Of a DNA stretch of 64,000 nt, positions 1-64,000 are shown piece by piece. Positions within the stretch are counted from its first letter, which is position 1; every line of letters begins with the position of its first letter. Source of the DNA: Phoronis australis (lineage: Eukaryota; Animalia; Phoronida); the NCBI GenBank assembly GCA_002633005.1, contig NMRA01000599.1, positions 1-64,000 on the forward strand, read 5' to 3'. Made by a program: the position numbers and the translations under genes. Under the pieces are notes generated by a model, which ran no database searches, was not told the DNA's origin, and saw nothing but the letters and a program-made list of their open reading frames with translations.

Positions 1-555
1 AGAATGAAAGGGCCTTACCAGTTTTAACTACATGTTAAAACACTAACATGGTGTAACTAGTCCGGGTCAGCGTGAATCAGTACTACTATTAGTACTAGTA
101 GTATTAGAACAAAAACTGAACAGCTGATCGAATTGTAGCCAGCCAGCTAGCTGTATGATGACTGTATATTATACAGCTTTGTACAAGGCTAATCGAATTG
201 AGGCTCTTCAAAATGATTCGGGTCCGATGTATGATGACTGAGATCAGTCACCCATCAGTGAATGCTCTAAACGTGTATACGAGTCATTGAACATTTCACA
301 AACAGCACACTTACTGACTTATACTTGTCCATCCAAAGCCCAATATTGTTCATTTGTTGTAATGTAAAACCTTCACGAGTTCGAACATTCAGTCTTGTCC
401 TCATTGTTTCTCACCTATCGAACGAGTCGATTACAGGTACAAGGTTTGTTGGTAATGCCGCTTTTTGTACTGGCTAACACGTCTTTTTCTGAATCTCGTA
501 GAGCAGGACAACTGTGTTTCGCCTTCGGACGTACACTTCACAGATCTACCTCTCC

Positions 556-606
556 CCGCCATTTGTATAAATTCTGTTGACCTCTAGATCTGTGGCTGCG
601 CATGCA
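556..606 (-). promoter_or_regulatory. Candidate promoter of a divergent minus-strand gene: NRF1-like TGCGCATGCA (597-606) followed by YY1-like CAAATGGCGG (565-556)
   Basis: The motif pair has the order typical of housekeeping promoters. Minus-strand GTAAGT/GTGAGA donors lie downstream. Confidence 0.4.
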
Positions 607-739
607 TTGTTGTAATGTTTATAATCTGTTTAGCGGTCGGGATACTAAATTCTTTGTAAACATTTCATTCGTTTGTAGTATTTACAACGATTTTTTTCAA
701 ACTTTTTGCACAAGTTGAAAGTTAATAACTTTTTGAACT

Positions 740-985
740 CCATGTCACATCAAAAAACCGGCTTAAACGGCGTTAAGAGGTGTTTTCTTCTATAACTCGG
801 ACCATAGGCCTTTAAGGACTGCAAAAACCATTGTTCGGATTGTTGTTGTTTTGTAAGATACAACTTTTGAAATTATTAGCTTTAACAAGAGCCCTAAAAC
901 AGCAAAAACCATGTCACATCAAAAAACCGGCTTAAACGGCGTTAAGAGGTTTTTTCTTCTATAACTCGGACCATAGGCCTTTAAG
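740..985 (+). repeat. 77-bp direct repeat (740-816, 909-985) ending GGACCATAGGCCTTTAAG; likely a duplicated TTAA-type transposon end
   Basis: The two copies differ at about one base; both end in CCT-TTAA. Confidence 0.85.
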
Positions 986-2413
986 CTTTCGAGAAAATCG
1001 GGAAAAACGTCGACGCACCTGCCCCTTTGACGAATCTGCGAAAAAGATTCTATACACTGCAACACATCGACTCGCTGGCTTCATTTAAAGCGGCATTTCC
1101 TAAGTATTTAGAATAGGTCTATGGTATTTAGTTGTCGAAAAAAATGAAATAAGCCACTAAGCTCATAGAATCGGTCTCATAATATTCCTCGATTACAGAG
1201 AGAAGTTGATTTTCGTAACAAATAAGAACTTAGACACTACTCATGCAACGACTCAAGTAAACACATTTATTGTGGTTAGCCACCTCTTGAATTGCGAATT
1301 ACTCGAAAATGGCGTATACACGCGTTGTCTTTTAACTTGAATTGTCTCATTCGACAACAACTCAAGATCGGATATGCGTAATATTTTGAAAGCAAAGTTC
1401 TACGTTTGAAACGGTCATAAACCTGCGGTCCACCCACAAAGTGAACTTAGCACTTACCGCTTTAAATCGTTTTCAACTTTATACTTAGGTGAGAAGTGCA
1501 TTCTGGGATTTACGACGAACTGATAGTTCATTCTTCGTTGAAACCACTACGCTCGACGCATAAAATAACACGCCGTGACAATTAGGCCAACTAGTAGCGC
1601 CTGATCTCAAGCAAAAACTGTCCATCATTTCTTCTGAAGCCCAGAAACCATCTTCAATTTCACTTAGGAGCAATACGAGATAAATTTCATAACGGAAAGC
1701 GATCTAAATCGAAAATGTTTTTTTTTGTCATGGAAGGGGGTTAATAGCCACTTTTAAGAATTAAACATTTACAACTCTAGCAATATAAATATAGCCGTCT
1801 AAATTCTGACGTTTTTACATAATTCAGCTTCATGAAGAAACCAAATCCTTTAACAAGGTAAGCAGACAAAAATTCCAGGTAACGCTGGACATTAGGCTCC
1901 ATGAACAATATAGTATACCGAAATGTGGGCCAGTCGAGAAACTTTTTAACAGCTGTACTGAAAATCAAATATAATTCGTGACGGGTTACGATTTTGCGCA
2001 TCATAACATTTCAGCATTACGTCGACAACACGTACAAGTGAATGTACGATTTGCACAATCTCGTGGGAAATTGTGTATGTATTACTGGCGGAAAAGTAAG
2101 ATCATGGACAGACAACTCGTAAAACTATGAATGACAGTGCAGGACTATTTCCGATTCTTTATTCTCCACACAGCAGTATCCTGTCACCGCATCGGCCACC
2201 GCAGAAACATCAAACCTTGGCTTTCTACATCTGTTGCTGTGGGTCCGTGTTCTGGCGTTGAAAATGAACACTTGCGCCAATTTCATTACACGAACTACAA
2301 AAAAGACCACTAAATCTGACGACATTGTATATATTTTTTTCCACAATTCCTTGGTGAATTACTCATATTTTTATTCACAGGGTCTTAGATTGTATTCCGC
2401 GAAAAGCTGAGGT

Positions 2414-2713
2414 CGGCCATATTGATCCATGCTAGTCCATGCTCTGACTCTGACTGAAAGGAGATGGAAAACCCTTCGGTCGCGTCCACGTTTACAAAAT
2501 CCTGTAAAATCCAGTTCTTTGATTTTATCATGAAACCATAGACCATTACGTAGTGAATAAATTAGTATTATATCGAGAATCTGTAGTGCAAAAGAAACGT
2601 GGCAAAACGATAAAGAAAATCGAATTCACAGCAACACAACATCGCGCAAACAACAACCCTTCTTGCTCACAACTAATTTAGGTCAACGTGGTGTTTGTGG
2701 TTTGCGCATGCGC
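2414..2713. promoter_or_regulatory. Probable spen promoter: NRF1/EWG-type site TGCGCATGCGC (2703-2713) and YY1-like CGGCCATATTG (2414-2424)
   Basis: Motifs read directly, within a CpG-retaining region ending about 120 nt upstream of the ATG. The TSS cannot be determined from sequence. Confidence 0.55.
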
Positions 2714-2830
2714 TTAATCATCAGCAATCCAAGTGAGAATGATGCTGAATGTTTGAAAATAGATTGCCTTCAAAATTTAGGCATACCATGTTACTTTTGA
2801 AAATTTTCTAAGACTGCGCTTTATTTTAAA

Positions 2831-61461
<58,631 letters not shown>

Positions 61462-62564
61462 GATACCAATCAAACCAGAACAAAGGACAGCAGCTCATTT
61501 GCGATTAACATTCATTGGAAATATTTACAGTCCAACACTCAATTGAGCGAGACCTCAGTTGATGCTGATGAAAGAGTGATCTTTGGTTTGTCAATTTGCA
61601 AGTGTTTTGTGGTTACCTTTATTTAGTGAAAATATTTTAACCATTTGAAGGCTAGGTGGACGGTTTCCTTTGTATAAGATGAGGCACTTGTGAAAGATTT
61701 TGTCGTAACCTGTCGAGCCTCCGATAGTGGCAGTTTCTGTTGTCACACCAATTTCAGTTGTAAAGCGTTCGAACAAATTGTTTAAAAAAGCAAATGTAGA
61801 TTTTTGCTTTATTTTTCAGTTGAGGACCAATTTTTCAGTTGCTTTTGTTGGTAAATATTGGTGAGGTTCAACTGAAACTTGCTGTGAAATCACACGACAG
61901 ACATGAATGGGCTAGTTAATCCTCTTTATTAAAACTAAAACGTAATCCAGCAAGCTAGGTAGTCGTTTGGTATAGTTGTCGTTTCTAAATTTTTTCTAAT
62001 TTAAAAAATCTTTGGTTACTCATGTCTGTGAAACTCGGTGAAACTTTGTTACAAATATTTAATATTTTAAAGGTGTAATTCTGTTTGATGCAGTATTTTC
62101 AGAGCAAGTTAACGTCAATGATCTCATTAATAGCTCGTTATTTTTGTACGTAGGCTTTAGCTAAGTAATCTATTCCCATGTGGTCGAGAGCAGACTGTTG
62201 TGGTGCCTGCGCTAGCAACCTTCTGCACGCGTAGTCGTATAGGGCCTGTCCATGATCTCAAGGGACATATAAAGGCAGTAGATGTGTAGAATTGTTGTTA
62301 AATTCACCTCAGGGAAGTTCAGAGCACACTCAAGTGACTGTTGTGTAGTATATACGAGTATAGAGTCTAATTTATCTTTGTTTGTGCCATGTAGAGTTGT
62401 GTATAGTTTCAATCCTCCAATCCGATTCACTCGTCTGGAGGGGTCTGTCTGCTGCCCTCCTTGCGCATCGGCGACTGCGTAGAAGTTGATGTAGCAGGGA
62501 GCAGTTATTTGAAAGTATTGTTTTGTGATAATTCTAACTAAAAGTCTGTAAATGTTTGTTTTGT

Positions 62565-62617
62565 TGTAAATATGTACATATGTGTATAAAGTCTGTACAT
62601 ATTGATGCTCAAATAAA
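62565..62617 (+). promoter_or_regulatory. spen 3' UTR: three TGTAHATA (Pumilio-type/CFIm UGUA) elements and an AATAAA polyadenylation signal
   Basis: TGTAAATA 62565-72, TGTACATA 62573-80 and 62594-601, AATAAA 62612-17, followed by T/GT-rich sequence. Confidence 0.55.
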
Positions 62618-63000
62618 TTGAGATTTTGTATTGTGATTGAGAATGATGTTTTGTATCATTACTACACAAAGTCGAAACTCTATTCGTATATAGCATATAA
62701 ATTTGCCGATGTTGTAACAATGATTGCTCAAGTTTATAAAATAATCACAATTTTCTGTCACAAGCACTCCACAAATACTCTAATATTAGAAACTGTAAAA
62801 GGGATATACATTACGAAGTCCTACATGTATGCAGCTTTCAAAATTGACATTAATGATTATGAAAATGTTTATACAAAAAACCCAGTAGCCACTTCAATGA
62901 CTTCTCGTGCATCAAGAAAACTAGAAAATAATTAGTTTTGATAATATTCAGGTAATCTATCCAAATGGTATTGATACTGCTAGTATTCAAGAAACTATTA

Positions 63001-63158
63001 TTAACGTGCTGTCGATTTTGACCGTGTATTTTTTCTCGGTGTGAGTTTCTTCTTCTGATTAACCGATTTTTTGTTTGTCCGCGTCCTGAAGAGGGGGCTG
63101 GGACTACGCATGTTGGGATCGGCATTCTCTTCGTCACTTCCTCTTTCACTGTGTTGTT
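63001..63158 (-). CDS. Last coding exon of the convergent gene (EQHSERGSDEENADPNMRSPSPLFRTRTNKKSVNQKKKLTPRKNTRSKSTAR*)
   Basis: Acceptor catttttgtttccag|, phase 1 matching the upstream exon, TAA at 63003-63001; basic tail with a TPRK CDK-type site. Confidence 0.7.
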
Positions 63159-63520
63159 CTGGAAACAAAAATGTGGGATGTAAAAGTATTCACTGTGAAA
63201 AGAACCACCATTGGGAAAGCAATTCCTACAATCATTCCGAAATTGATTCCGAATTAGTAATTTTTTAATTGCACCCGACTGTGCAACAGTAAAACTTTGT
63301 TCGCATCAGAAAGGCAAACTAATTTGAAGCGAATTAGTGGTTAGCTCCGCAACAGTCAACAGTTGTGATGCAAGTACTCTGCGGACACCCAGGATAGTGG
63401 GTAATACTGCAGAACGAGCGACGACACTGTGAGAGTTGTACCGTGTTAAAAGTTGTTTTGCCTCAATATAGAGTTGCAGAGGTTGAAGACTCCACAGAGG
63501 CAAACAATCTCCCTTCTTAC

Positions 63521-63715
63521 CTGTTGTTTTATCCACATCGAATAACTCCAGCTCACTGTCTTCATCCGAGCTAAATGACAACTTGGGCTTGCCCTTCTGT
63601 GTGCCTTTAGGGGTGCCCTTGTCTGCCGGGTGCTTCTCTGGTTCATCTCCGCTGTCGCCAGCCTCGTCCTCTGAGTCGCTGTCAATGGCCTGGCGTCCAC
63701 GACCCTTTCTCTTAC
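63521..63715 (-). CDS. Penultimate exon of a convergent gene (GKRKGRGRQAIDSDSEDE…KGKPKLSFSSDEDSELELFDVDKTT); tentatively condensin CAP-D2-like C-terminus
   Basis: Minus-strand acceptor ttatccgcttcag| and donor acag|gtaaga, 195 nt, phase 1-1, open acidic/basic frame. KPKLSFSSDEDSE resembles the KPKVVFSSDESSE tail of human NCAPD2 as I recall it; this identity is unverified. Confidence 0.7.
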
Positions 63716-64000
63716 CTGAAGCGGATAATTAGGAAAATAAAAAGCAAACCAAAAAACATCAGAGACTGTTGATGCCCTGACACTGGCGACCCTTTCTAGT
63801 ACTTGAAAATGGGGAAAATTAAAAAACAACAACAACAAAAAACAACATGCATTGTAGATGGCCGGATGCCCATTTCTCTTACCTGAAAGTTGATAATTGG
63901 GATACGAGCCATAAAGCGAGAGATTACCACCAGTGTGCTTATTAGCGAGGACATAAACGAATATTTCTGGACAGCGCTTTTGCACCATTAGCGCATAAAA

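Overview
This window is animal (invertebrate-like) genomic DNA, not prokaryotic. It is almost entirely one + strand, intron-rich gene encoding a SPEN/split-ends (SHARP/MINT) family protein. I assembled 19 GT-AG coding exons with consistent phases from the ATG at 2831 to the TAA at 61461 (13,047 nt, about 4,348 aa). The protein has RRM1, an RS-rich linker, RRM2-4, an RGG exon, a giant 8,374-nt exon encoding a disordered Lys/Ser/Glu- and polyQ-rich region, Gln/Pro/His-rich exons and a C-terminal SPOC domain. The last two exons of a convergent minus-strand gene, tentatively condensin CAP-D2-like, lie at 63001-63715. A CpG-rich promoter region with NRF1- and YY1-like motifs, possibly shared with a divergent transcript, lies at about 300-2830. 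Introns carry TTAA-flanked non-autonomous DNA transposons, foldback hairpins, a long (GT)n tract, two N gaps and a 1.3-kb tandem duplication that is probably an assembly artefact. I found no convincing wholly new system. The best leads concern spen splicing and regulation: a candidate 24-nt microexon, a symmetric RGG cassette exon, candidate poison exons and clustered Pumilio elements. All comparisons to human or fly proteins are from memory and need alignment.
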